Source: Candidatus Nanohaloarchaea archaeon (GTDB lineage: Archaea > Nanohalarchaeota > Nanosalinia > Nanosalinales > Nanosalinaceae). From it: a stretch of 64,000 nucleotides of DNA. The notes beneath the pieces are model-generated. The model saw only the letters and a program-made list of their open reading frames with translations. It did no database searches and was not told the DNA's origin. Shown here in pieces: positions 19,256-27,570 of this stretch. A program made the position numbers and the translations under genes. The stretch lies in contig CP046106.1 of assembly GCA_013343275.1 (NCBI GenBank), positions 32,001 to 96,000 of the forward strand. The letters are read 5' to 3'. Positions within the stretch are counted from its first letter, which is position 1. The number at the start of each line of letters is the position of its first letter.

Positions 19256-20220
19256 TCTACTTCCACCTCGTCAGGCCTCCAGTCAGGCTTTTTACCAGAG
19301 TTTTCTATACTTGTCTCTCTTCCAGCTTTTAACTCGATTAATCCCTGGTGTGCGATCATGGCTCCGTTGTCCATACAGAATTCATGCGGAGGGAAGTAAG
19401 CTTCGGCATCTCGCTGCTCGCACATAAGCTCCACCATCTCTCTAAGCCGGGAATTCATTGCTACGCCACCAGTTAAGAGGGCCTCAGTGCTGTCCTCTTG
19501 GGCCATCGCTCTTTCCAGTGCTTCGACCGCTGCCGAGTATGCGTGTTCCTGGAAGCTGTTGGCTAAAACTTCGTCATCTACTTCCCCGATTTTTCTCTCA
19601 GCCTCAGTTGTCAGGCCTGAGAAGGAGAAATCCATGCCCTTGATTGGGTAGCTCATTTCAATTATTTCGTCTGTCTCTTCTGCTAGTTTCTCGATCTCAG
19701 GTCCTCCGGGATGAGGGTATCCCAGTTTTCGGGCTAGCTTGTCGAGGGCGTTGCCGAGTGCGATGTCAAGTGTTTCTCCTACTACACGGTACCGGCCTGA
19801 TCTCAAGTCAAGTATCTGGCTGTTACCGCCGGAAATGTAGAGTGTCGTCGGGTTTTCTGCCTCCGTTGTTCTTATCCCGATCGAGATGTGGGCCAGGCAG
19901 TGGTTGACACCGATCAACGGTATATCGTATTTTTTAGATAAAGTTCTGGCCAGTACTGCTCCTACGTCAAGGCACTGAGGTATTCCAGGTCCTTGCGAGA
20001 AGGAGATAGCATCTATATCTTCTAGAGGGAAGTCTGTCTTGGCTTCGGCCTCGTTGATCTTCTCCAAAGCGTGCTGGTAGTGATGCTCTGAGGCCTTTCT
20101 TGGATGTATTCCGCCTTCTTCCGGCTCGAACATCGACTTCACGTTTGCGTGTACTTCGTCTTCGTCTACTATGCCGATGCCGAGTGTATGGGCAGTTGAC
20201 TCGATGCCTAGAACTTTCAT
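19243..20220 (-). CDS. kae1: tRNA N6-adenosine threonylcarbamoyltransferase Kae1
   Basis: LGIESTAHT, GGIHP, VNHCLAHI, SGGNSQ, GETLDIALGN, GGVAMN and DNGAMIA motifs. Confidence 0.97.
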   Translation of the reverse strand: MKVLGIESTAHTLGIGIVDEDEVHANVKSMFEPEEGGIHPRKASEHHYQHALEKINEAEAKTDFPLEDIDAISFSQGPGIPQCLDVGAVLARTLSKKYDIPLIGVNHCLAHISIGIRTTEAENPTTLYISGGNSQILDLRSGRYRVVGETLDIALGNALDKLARKLGYPHPGGPEIEKLAEETDEIIEMSYPIKGMDFSFSGLTTEAERKIGEVDDEVLANSFQEHAYSAAVEALERAMAQEDSTEALLTGGVAMNSRLREMVELMCEQRDAEAYFPPHEFCMDNGAMIAHQGLIELKAGRETSIENSGKKPDWRPDEVEVEWEI

Positions 20221-20311
20221 CTAGGAAAAATCTGGTTTGGAAAAGTTAAAAGTTGAGAGGTAGAACTTGGGAAAATTGATATGTAGAAATGAGGGGTAAG
20301 GCCTTGATGCC

Positions 20312-20461
20312 TTACTGGTGTTTGGTGTAGCCGCACTTGCCGCAGCTTTTACGGTCGTCGTGCTCTGCGAGGAATGAACCGCATCTTGGGCATTTTTCCC
20401 CGTTGTGGGTTCCGTCTTCACTGTATTTTTCGTGGATGGCTACTGTCTCGTGTTTTGCCAT
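20312..20461 (-). CDS. rps27ae: 30S ribosomal protein S27ae (eS31)
   Basis: Manual translation [49 protein letters not shown] (49 aa, Zn ribbon). It lies between rps24e and kae1 and is below the ORF-track cutoff. Confidence 0.95.
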   Translation of the reverse strand: MAKHETVAIHEKYSEDGTHNGEKCPRCGSFLAEHDDRKSCGKCGYTKHQ

Positions 20462-20475
20462 TTAATTAGTCACCT

Positions 20476-20910
20476 TTATTTCTGGCTCTCAAGCCAGTCG
20501 ATTAACGTTGTACGGTTTTTGTTGTCTTTCTCTGCTTCCATCGCAGCGTCCCAGTCGACCTCTTCCATGTCTTGAAGTGCGTCTTTGGCGTCCGTGATGG
20601 TTCCTGAGACTGCTTCTCTGTAGTCTTCAGTTACCTCTACTTCTTCCTCTTCTAGGGCTTCTTTCTCAAGTTCTTCATCGTAGTCGAAGTCTTCAAGGAC
20701 TTTGAGTGTTGCCTTTGATTTCTGGCTTCCGAAACCTGTGTAGATAGATTCTACTTCGATGCTTTCGGTTTCGATACCGTTTTCTGCTGCAACGCGCGAT
20801 TTTACGTCTTCTTCGCTCGGTGTAGCCTCGCCTTCATGGTTGAGACTTACTTCTACTTCTCTCCTGTCTAGGAGAGGGTTTTCTCTTACTGCTGTGATGT
20901 TTGCTTCCAT
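20476..20910 (-). CDS. rps24e: 30S ribosomal protein S24e with C-terminal extension
   Basis: ENPLLDRREV, HEGEATPS and IYTGFG, plus an extra C-terminal helical domain of about 45 aa. Confidence 0.9.
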   Translation of the reverse strand: MEANITAVRENPLLDRREVEVSLNHEGEATPSEEDVKSRVAAENGIETESIEVESIYTGFGSQKSKATLKVLEDFDYDEELEKEALEEEEVEVTEDYREAVSGTITDAKDALQDMEEVDWDAAMEAEKDNKNRTTLIDWLESQK

Positions 20911-20979
20911 TCAAAAATCGCCCCCGCGATTTTCTTCTTGTCCAGAAATTCTTTGAATTTCGTACATAGTATTCACGTT

Positions 20980-21168
20980 TTATTTGACTCTTATTGCGTA
21001 TTTTCCTGGAGTGTTAATTTCCAGTTTCTCTGCGATTTCAGAATCTTCGGGATCGTAGATAACTACTAGTCCGCTCCAAGAATCGGATAGATCGTTGTTC
21101 TTGCATACAGGGCATTCTTGGGCATCTTCTACAATACGGTTACAGTTTTTACATGCTTTTTCAGCCAT
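20980..21168 (-). CDS. spt4: Transcription elongation factor Spt4 (RpoE'')
   Basis: ACKNC..CPVC..SDSWSGLVVIYDPEDSEIAEKL..PGKYAIRV. Confidence 0.96.
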   Translation of the reverse strand: MAEKACKNCNRIVEDAQECPVCKNNDLSDSWSGLVVIYDPEDSEIAEKLEINTPGKYAIRVK

Positions 21169-21223
21169 TAGAAAACCACCTTATGGTTTTCGGCCTGTCC
21201 AGAAAATCTTTGATTTTCGTACA

Positions 21224-21802
21224 TTATTCTTCACCTTCTTCCTCTTCTTCGGTCTCTTCCTGCTCTTCTTCGTACTGTTCGATCCATTCTTCTTTTCCGA
21301 GGCCTGGCTGTCTCATTGTCAGATTGATCTTGTTGGTGTCTTCCTTTCCTAGTGAGACTGCGATTATTCGGGCTGTGACGACATCTCCTGTTTCAAGTGT
21401 GAACTGGTTCTCTTCTGAGACCAGCATGTTGTTCTCCTCGTCGTGGTTGACGTACTCGTCCATTACCTGAGATACGTGGCATAGGCCGTCGAAAGGCCCG
21501 ATTCTGATAAATGCTCCGAAGCTTGTTACGTCTACTACTTCTCCGAATACAACTTCGTGGAGCTCTGGTTCGTATACAAGTGCTGAGTATTCTACATCGT
21601 AGTGTACTCCTGCGTCCTCTGGCTCGATTTCTCCTCCTTCAACGGAGTTTACTTCCTCGATTGCGAGGACTACTCCTACTTCAGGACTGATATCTCCTTC
21701 TGTTTCTGCTTTAAGGCCTTCTGTGACGCTTTCCTTTACGTTCTCTCCCAGATGCTCTGGGGGAACTCTTACTGATTCTTGTATTGTTTTTCTTTTGTAC
21801 AT
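21224..21802 (-). CDS. rpoE1: RNA polymerase subunit E' (Rpo7)
   Basis: VRVPP, FGAFIRIGPFDGLCHVSQV and LTMRQPGLGK; start at ATG 21802. Confidence 0.96.
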   Translation of the reverse strand: MYKRKTIQESVRVPPEHLGENVKESVTEGLKAETEGDISPEVGVVLAIEEVNSVEGGEIEPEDAGVHYDVEYSALVYEPELHEVVFGEVVDVTSFGAFIRIGPFDGLCHVSQVMDEYVNHDEENNMLVSEENQFTLETGDVVTARIIAVSLGKEDTNKINLTMRQPGLGKEEWIEQYEEEQEETEEEEEGEE

Positions 21803-21905
21803 TTGAGACACTACCTCCATTCAGAGGAAAGGGAAGTCTGGAAGGGTATAAGCCCCTTCTTAATCTTCTACCTCTGTGGAACATTTAACAGGTTGACGAC
21901 AATTT

Positions 21906-22289
21906 TTAAAACCCTACCGAGGAACGGTTTAGAACCTCCAAATGCGTCCCGCTACGGATAATGATTACCTCACGGCCTCTATCTAGAAGTCGCTCTTTCA
22001 GCTCCTTGTCGTTAGTTGCAACTACAAACTCATCGCTGACATCAACTATCAAGTCATCTACCTCTCCGTTGCCATGAGTTTCCAGCACTTCAATATCCTT
22101 TTTCTCTATCAGTTGCTCTGCCAGATCTCCATACTTGCCCCCTTCTATACTTTTGGCCTCCTCTACTGCGTCGTCAAGGGTATAGAGTTCGTGGAGAGGA
22201 TAGAGCCGTTCTATCTCATCGAATATATCGAACGAATGCTGGAAAGGTGCTACCAGAAAATTGGTGTCCAGCAGGATTTTATCTGTCAT
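21906..22289 (-). CDS. PIN-domain protein (Fcf1/Utp24-like)
   Basis: LLDTNFL, VDD and VATNDKELKERL; conserved position upstream of rpoE'. Confidence 0.9.
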   Translation of the reverse strand: MTDKILLDTNFLVAPFQHSFDIFDEIERLYPLHELYTLDDAVEEAKSIEGGKYGDLAEQLIEKKDIEVLETHGNGEVDDLIVDVSDEFVVATNDKELKERLLDRGREVIIIRSGTHLEVLNRSSVGF

Positions 22290-22343
22290 AGGTTATTCTT
22301 CTTTCGTTAACTCTAAAACTGTGGCCTGATCTACCTTTGGTAT

Positions 22344-23261
22344 ATGAAGACTATTGGAGTTCTCTGGGATGAAGAAGTTACCTGGGATGGAGAAAAACCT
22401 TTCGATGGCCAGTCAAATGAAGCCTACGGATATTTTTCTGAAAGGGCTGAAGATAAGGATGTGAGGCTTGTTCAGGCCCAGTATCACTGGTATGATGATG
22501 GATCTCTGTCTCAGGGCTGGGTTTACGAGGAAGGTTCTTGGCAGAAAGTGGAGGATGTCGAGCTCGATGGGGTATTCGATAAGTTCCACTTTGATGAGGA
22601 TACAAAGGCTCTCAAGCAGGAGATTAGTGAGACTATAGGAATCCTGAATAATCCGGAGCTGGAGGAGCTTTGCAAGGATAAACTCCTAACTTATGAGCGG
22701 TTTCCTGAGAAGATGCCGGAGACAAGGATTTTCTCCGATGACAATGCTCAGGAAATGCTGGAGGAGTACGGCAAGATTGTCCTGAAGCCTCGTTACGCTT
22801 TCGGTGGCAAAGGTATTCATATTGTAGCGAGCGAAGAGGAAATACCTGAAATAGAAGATGATTACATCATTCAGGAGTTTATTGACAGCAGCGGAGGCAT
22901 CGAAGGCATAGTTGAAGAAACGCATGACCTAAGAGGCATAGTAGTAAACGGTGAACTAGAGGCAGGTTATGTCAGATACAGCGACGGCGAGATAAGTAAC
23001 GTGGCGCAGGGAGGCTCACAGGATGCAGTTAGTCCGGAAGAATTCCCTGAGAAGGCTCTGGATCTCATTGAGTCTGTTAACGACGAACTAGAGTTCAGAC
23101 CGTGTCTTTTCTCCGTCGACCTTTTCTTCGATGGAGAAGGAAACCCTTGGATAGTTGAGCTGAACTCGAAGCCTGGAATAGGTTTCTACGGTGATGAAGA
23201 AATGAAGAAGCAGCTTGTGCCGGTGATGGATGGTCTTGTAGAGGCTTTCAAACAGCTCTAG
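22344..23261 (+). CDS. ATP-grasp ligase (RimK/GshB/YheCD-like)
   Basis: CKDKLLTY, VLKPRYAFGGKGI, IIQEFI, SNVAQGG, SVDLF and IVELNSKPG motifs. Confidence 0.9.
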   Translation: MKTIGVLWDEEVTWDGEKPFDGQSNEAYGYFSERAEDKDVRLVQAQYHWYDDGSLSQGWVYEEGSWQKVEDVELDGVFDKFHFDEDTKALKQEISETIGILNNPELEELCKDKLLTYERFPEKMPETRIFSDDNAQEMLEEYGKIVLKPRYAFGGKGIHIVASEEEIPEIEDDYIIQEFIDSSGGIEGIVEETHDLRGIVVNGELEAGYVRYSDGEISNVAQGGSQDAVSPEEFPEKALDLIESVNDELEFRPCLFSVDLFFDGEGNPWIVELNSKPGIGFYGDEEMKKQLVPVMDGLVEAFKQL

Positions 23262-24289
23262 TTTATCATTTCTTTTGCTTCTTCTAGGTCTTCGGTCAGT
23301 CTCTCGGCAATATTCAATCTTATTTCCTTTGCTTTCTCTCTACTGACTTCTTCAGGTATATCCAGGTTCTGTGAGACAGGTGAGAATTCTGAAGGGTTAA
23401 TGCCCATTTCCTTGATGTATTCTCTGACTTCTTCTGACTCAAGGCCTTCCTTTATCGCTTTTTCTGATGCATTTTTCACTTTCTGGAACTCTGGCAGTTC
23501 TGATCTCTTCTTTTTCTGTACTATCGGTTTGACAGCTTTCACGATTTTGATTACCTCGGTAAGAAGTGTTGTATCAGGGGCCCGCCATTCAACTGTTGGG
23601 TAGTCTTCCCTCAGTTTTACCGGGGTCCAGACCGAGTTCTCCGGTTGGAAGAATCTTTCAAATCTTTCTGTTTCTATGCCTTTCTGCTCTGCCTTGTTCT
23701 CGAATTCTTCGAAAAGTTCCTCTCTTTTTTCACGCCACTCCGTGATTGAATCCATGTATGGCCAGAGCTCTCTCTGTTCGGGGAACGCTCCGCAGGCTTT
23801 GTGCCTGTAAATTTTGTTTCTGCATCCGTCCGCCAGGTGCTTTCTCTGGTATCTCGGCGATGAGTTCGTCAGTGCAGAGAGCGGATCCATGGCTGTCAAG
23901 GTGTTGAGCTGTCTGAGAGAGTCCTCTTTTTCAAAATGGATGTGGAGGCCAGCAGTCCTGCCAGCATGTTTTACTTCAGGCCCTATGACTTCCTGCTCTA
24001 TCTGGAATCTCTCGGATTCGTATACTTCGACCTCTCCGGAGTTTAGAGGTGTTCCAAGGGGTACTATTCTTTTGCCATCTTTTTTGGCTAGCTCTACAAG
24101 TATCTCTGTTTTTGATATGGCCTCTTTCAGAAGTTCATCCATGTCTTCGTGCGGTTCTGTCTGTATTTCTATCATTGACCGTGAGAATTCCTGTGATGCA
24201 AAGTAAACTCTTTCTGCTACTGGCTTGGCGTAATCAAGTTCTCCTTCCTCGTCTATGACCCAGAACTCCAGTTCGAGGCCTGCTTTCAA
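23258..24289 (-). CDS. Glutamate--cysteine ligase family 2 (GCS2/YbdK-like) carboxylate-amine ligase
   Basis: GLELEFWVID, EF...IEIQT, PLGTP, AGLHIH, ALTNSSP and PTVEWRAPD motifs. Confidence 0.9.
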   Translation of the reverse strand: MKAGLELEFWVIDEEGELDYAKPVAERVYFASQEFSRSMIEIQTEPHEDMDELLKEAISKTEILVELAKKDGKRIVPLGTPLNSGEVEVYESERFQIEQEVIGPEVKHAGRTAGLHIHFEKEDSLRQLNTLTAMDPLSALTNSSPRYQRKHLADGCRNKIYRHKACGAFPEQRELWPYMDSITEWREKREELFEEFENKAEQKGIETERFERFFQPENSVWTPVKLREDYPTVEWRAPDTTLLTEVIKIVKAVKPIVQKKKRSELPEFQKVKNASEKAIKEGLESEEVREYIKEMGINPSEFSPVSQNLDIPEEVSREKAKEIRLNIAERLTEDLEEAKEMIN

Positions 24290-25170
24290 CTCTGATTCGC
24301 CTCCTTCATCGCTCTCTCGTGCATTCTCTCGACAAGTCTGAGAATAATGTTTTCGCCTACAGTTTCGTTAATTGCTCTGTAGAGGCCGAATGCACTGTTC
24401 AGCTCCAGTACGTAAACGCCGTCGTCGGTCTCTATTACGTCTACTCCGGCTATATCGAATCCTGTTGCTCTTACTGCTGTGAGCGCTGCCTGTTTCATTT
24501 CTGGTGTTAGGTCGGCTTCTTTTCTCTCACCACCTTCTGCTACGTTTGACCGCCATTCGTCTCCGCTGCTGGATCTCTGATATGCGTATACGTCTTCCCC
24601 CATTACAATTACTCGTGTGTCTGTTCCTCCGTGCTCCTGGTACTCCTGCAAACAGATATCCTGTTCAAAGGATTTCATCGTGTCCATTACGGGCTTTAGC
24701 TCGTTTTCCGAGCTTGCTCTCATCACTCCCTGTCCTCCGGCTCCTTCAATAGTCTTCATGATGATCGGATACCCGAGTTTCTCCGCGGCCTCTACTGCTG
24801 TCTCGGGAGAGATCGTGTAGAAGCTGTCCGGCACATTTACTCCGTTTTCTGCCAGTATCTTCATACTGTAGAACTTGTTGTTGGAGTAGGAGAAGGACTC
24901 GTCTTCGGCCTGTGTCACGACTCCGGCCTTGTTGAGAACCTCTACCAGGTGTTCGGAGAAGAGTGCGTCCTGATCGTTGGTTCTTACATACGCTGCGTCG
25001 AACTCTGTCAGATCTGTATCTTTGTAGAGTACTTTACTCCCTTCTTCACTGTGTATAAGCTTGAGGCCATCTACCGGGGCTGCAAGAACAGAGTCGAATA
25101 TTTCTTCGGCCTCCTCTATTATCAGCTGGTGTGTGGTAGATACTTCGCCATAGATTATTGCCAGTTTCAT
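24286..25170 (-). CDS. RimK/LysX family alpha-L-glutamate ligase
   Basis: NKFYSMKILAENGVNVP, YPIIMKTIEGAGGQGV, LQEY, WRSNVAEGG, GVDVI and LELNS motifs. Confidence 0.92.
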   Translation of the reverse strand: MKLAIIYGEVSTTHQLIIEEAEEIFDSVLAAPVDGLKLIHSEEGSKVLYKDTDLTEFDAAYVRTNDQDALFSEHLVEVLNKAGVVTQAEDESFSYSNNKFYSMKILAENGVNVPDSFYTISPETAVEAAEKLGYPIIMKTIEGAGGQGVMRASSENELKPVMDTMKSFEQDICLQEYQEHGGTDTRVIVMGEDVYAYQRSSSGDEWRSNVAEGGERKEADLTPEMKQAALTAVRATGFDIAGVDVIETDDGVYVLELNSAFGLYRAINETVGENIILRLVERMHERAMKEANQS

Positions 25171-25174
25171 TTTC

Positions 25175-25993
25175 TTAGGCCTCTTCTCCCTGTTTTATAG
25201 TATCTGCTATGATTTTGTACACGTCTTTCCCGGAGATTTCTGCATATGTATCTAGATCAGGGTTCGGGTTTACATCGATTACCTGTTCGTCTCTTATCAG
25301 TACTTCTGCGGTCTGAGTTCCAAGCGACTTTTTTGCATCCAGCACAAGGTCCTCTATGCTGTTTGGTATATTCGAGTACCTTAGATTGTCCTCACCGATC
25401 TCCCAGTCCTCAGAGGTGTCTTCAAGCGAGACCACTTCCTCTCCCGCGACAAGACAGCGGTATTTCGTGCCTTTCGAGAATTCGTGGAAAAGAATAACGT
25501 TCTCCCCGTACTCCGTTCCTTCAGTGAAACCCCCAATCTCTTCAACAGTGTCTATCTTCTTCTCCTCTGATAGCTCAAACCCTTCGAATTTTCTGGCTAC
25601 TAGAGGCCCTTTCAGATAGTTCTCGAGATTTCGGGCAGATTTTTCATCGGCTACAACTGCTGTCTTCGGAGCAGATACGTTTTTCTCGTGCAGAACGCTG
25701 TATAGATAGTTTTTCTTCGACATTGCGAAAAAGGAGGTTGAGGAGTAGTTTACCGGTATTCCTTTCTCCTCGATAGTCTCAAGCAGAACTCTTCCGAAAA
25801 CTGCATTTTTTTCAGGAATATTTGCATAGACAGCATCGAAGTTCTCTACAGGCGCTCCACCTATCTTTACATCTGAATTATTGTCTCTCACCTCTGGAGC
25901 TACCTCCTCGATACTTGCCGTCTCCACTTCTTCAAAATGCTGGTTTAACTCCTGTGTAGCGTCTTCTTCGTCAGTTATCTTCAGTAGTTTCAT
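25175..25993 (-). CDS. Degenerate RimK-like ATP-grasp protein
   Basis: RimK-like layout (FDAVY, KKNYLYSVL..KNVSAPKT, GPLV, IDVNPNP) but without the Gly-rich loop, the QEY motif and the W-R-x-N motif. Confidence 0.75.
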   Translation of the reverse strand: MKLLKITDEEDATQELNQHFEEVETASIEEVAPEVRDNNSDVKIGGAPVENFDAVYANIPEKNAVFGRVLLETIEEKGIPVNYSSTSFFAMSKKNYLYSVLHEKNVSAPKTAVVADEKSARNLENYLKGPLVARKFEGFELSEEKKIDTVEEIGGFTEGTEYGENVILFHEFSKGTKYRCLVAGEEVVSLEDTSEDWEIGEDNLRYSNIPNSIEDLVLDAKKSLGTQTAEVLIRDEQVIDVNPNPDLDTYAEISGKDVYKIIADTIKQGEEA

Positions 25994-27530
25994 TGTTGTC
26001 CTCCCCCTGTTTCGAATCCGGCATCCAGATCCGTGTCAACTTCTCACTTGAACCCCATTTCTCCATATACTCCTCCATTGATGGTGGTGTGGAGTTCTTC
26101 AAAATACGGCCCTGTCGCAGAATCTTTCTCAGTCGAGCCTCTAATGTCTTCGACAGCTCGTCGTAGTAGCTCTTGTCTGCGTAGATCAGGTCGTTCTTGA
26201 TCCTCCAGTGTGCTGTTGTTCCTTTTGGTGCGACCACGATGTATCCTCTCTTGTGGCCGAACTCTGCCATGGCTTCTTTCAACTGTTCTTTGTTGACATA
26301 GTACACTCCTCCGTTGGTCCCGCTTGGATCAAGAATCAGTATTTCATCGCCCTCTACTCCTACTGATAGTACGAAGTGGCCTGCAGTGGCTTCTGGGAAT
26401 ATCTCTGGCTTGTAGAAGTTTGGCACGATCAGTGCGCCGTCGTTGAACCAGGCCTTGAATTCGTCGTCTAGATCAGTTATCTTGTCGTAGCCAATCCAGG
26501 CCGTCTTCACTTCGTTGTTAGTAAGTTCTTCTACTGAGTCCATAAGCTCTTCTTCATCGGCGCCTTCACCTTCCTCTACGTTTGCTTTCTCTCCGATCTC
26601 CTTCTGGTCGTGTTTGTATCCAAAGACTTCAAGCGCCATCTCCATTGATGCAGGACCGCAGTATGATGGGTCCTGTGCTACAAAGTAGCTTGTTATTTCC
26701 TCCAGAGTGTCGAGGTCGCTACGTGTCCTCTTGAACTTGAGGTTTGAGTCCATTATCTGGCTGTTAGGAGCCAGTACTGTGAAACCTGAGTTGGTGTCGA
26801 CTGTTGTGCTGAATAGCGAGACATCTTTGATCTCTCCCGTCTCGTCGTCGATCTTGACTTCCTCTCCAGGCCTTACAATCCTCGAGTTCTTGAGGTATAC
26901 TCCTGCCGCAAAGTTCTCGAACAGGTCTTTGAAGCCGTAGAACAGCAGGCCTGCGATAAGGAATGCTACGGCCCATGATGATGCTGTTACCAGTTCATTG
27001 ATCGTGCTCTGTGCGATCCCTAGCTGTCCGAGCACTATCTGCAGCAGTACCAGGTAGAGGAAGCCTTTGATCAGCGCTGAAACCGCCTTGAATGCGTTGA
27101 CCGATAGGCCTGCTTCCCGGAAGTAGCTCCTTACTCCTACTGTTTTCAGGAAGTCCTCGATGAATCTGGTGAATACGTTTATTGCGATGACTCCAAGGAT
27201 TGCTACAAGTATCCCTGTCAGTATTTCAGGAATGTACGTCGTGGTCTGCGCTATTATAGTATCTGTTAACGATGAATTCAGGTAGAAAAGTGCTGCGGTG
27301 ATTACTGCGCCGTCAAGCAGGTAGGAAATGTACTGCAGTCTCTGTCTTTTCTGCTCAACGTCTTTTTTGGTGGCCTCATCGTTTCTGAGTATCCACAGCC
27401 GGTTGTACATCATGTTGAAGCTCTTGACCGCTAGGTGGCCTAATACCAAAATCAGAAGTGTTACGGCTACTCTGATGCTTGTGTTGCTTGACATGATGAA
27501 AGCTAGTGCAGAATCTAGAATACCGGCCAT
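25971..27530 (-). CDS. MscS-family mechanosensitive channel fused to a papain-like (C39/phytochelatin-synthase-like) domain
   Basis: N-terminal TM helices and an MscS core (GFKDLFENFAAGVYL, PGEEVKIDDETGEIKDVSLFSTTV, APNSQI). C-terminal QDPSYCGPAS (Cys291), GHFV (His385) and ILILDP (Asp401). Confidence 0.88.
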   Translation of the reverse strand: MAGILDSALAFIMSSNTSIRVAVTLLILVLGHLAVKSFNMMYNRLWILRNDEATKKDVEQKRQRLQYISYLLDGAVITAALFYLNSSLTDTIIAQTTTYIPEILTGILVAILGVIAINVFTRFIEDFLKTVGVRSYFREAGLSVNAFKAVSALIKGFLYLVLLQIVLGQLGIAQSTINELVTASSWAVAFLIAGLLFYGFKDLFENFAAGVYLKNSRIVRPGEEVKIDDETGEIKDVSLFSTTVDTNSGFTVLAPNSQIMDSNLKFKRTRSDLDTLEEITSYFVAQDPSYCGPASMEMALEVFGYKHDQKEIGEKANVEEGEGADEEELMDSVEELTNNEVKTAWIGYDKITDLDDEFKAWFNDGALIVPNFYKPEIFPEATAGHFVLSVGVEGDEILILDPSGTNGGVYYVNKEQLKEAMAEFGHKRGYIVVAPKGTTAHWRIKNDLIYADKSYYDELSKTLEARLRKILRQGRILKNSTPPSMEEYMEKWGSSEKLTRIWMPDSKQGEDNNETTEDN

Positions 27531-27570
27531 AACTACCTACTCCTAAAAGCTGTTATATAAACTCTTTCTT

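Noticed and set aside
20221-20421. 66-aa ORF in the track
   Set aside because: It is the wrong frame over the real rps27ae gene (20312-20461), which has the Zn-ribbon motif and an RBS.
22344-27530. Graspetide/RiPP cluster interpretation (ATP-grasp plus C39)
   Set aside because: No precursor peptide ORF is visible in the tightly packed block and there is no ABC transporter. The ligases look RimK/GshB-like. A distant precursor cannot be excluded.
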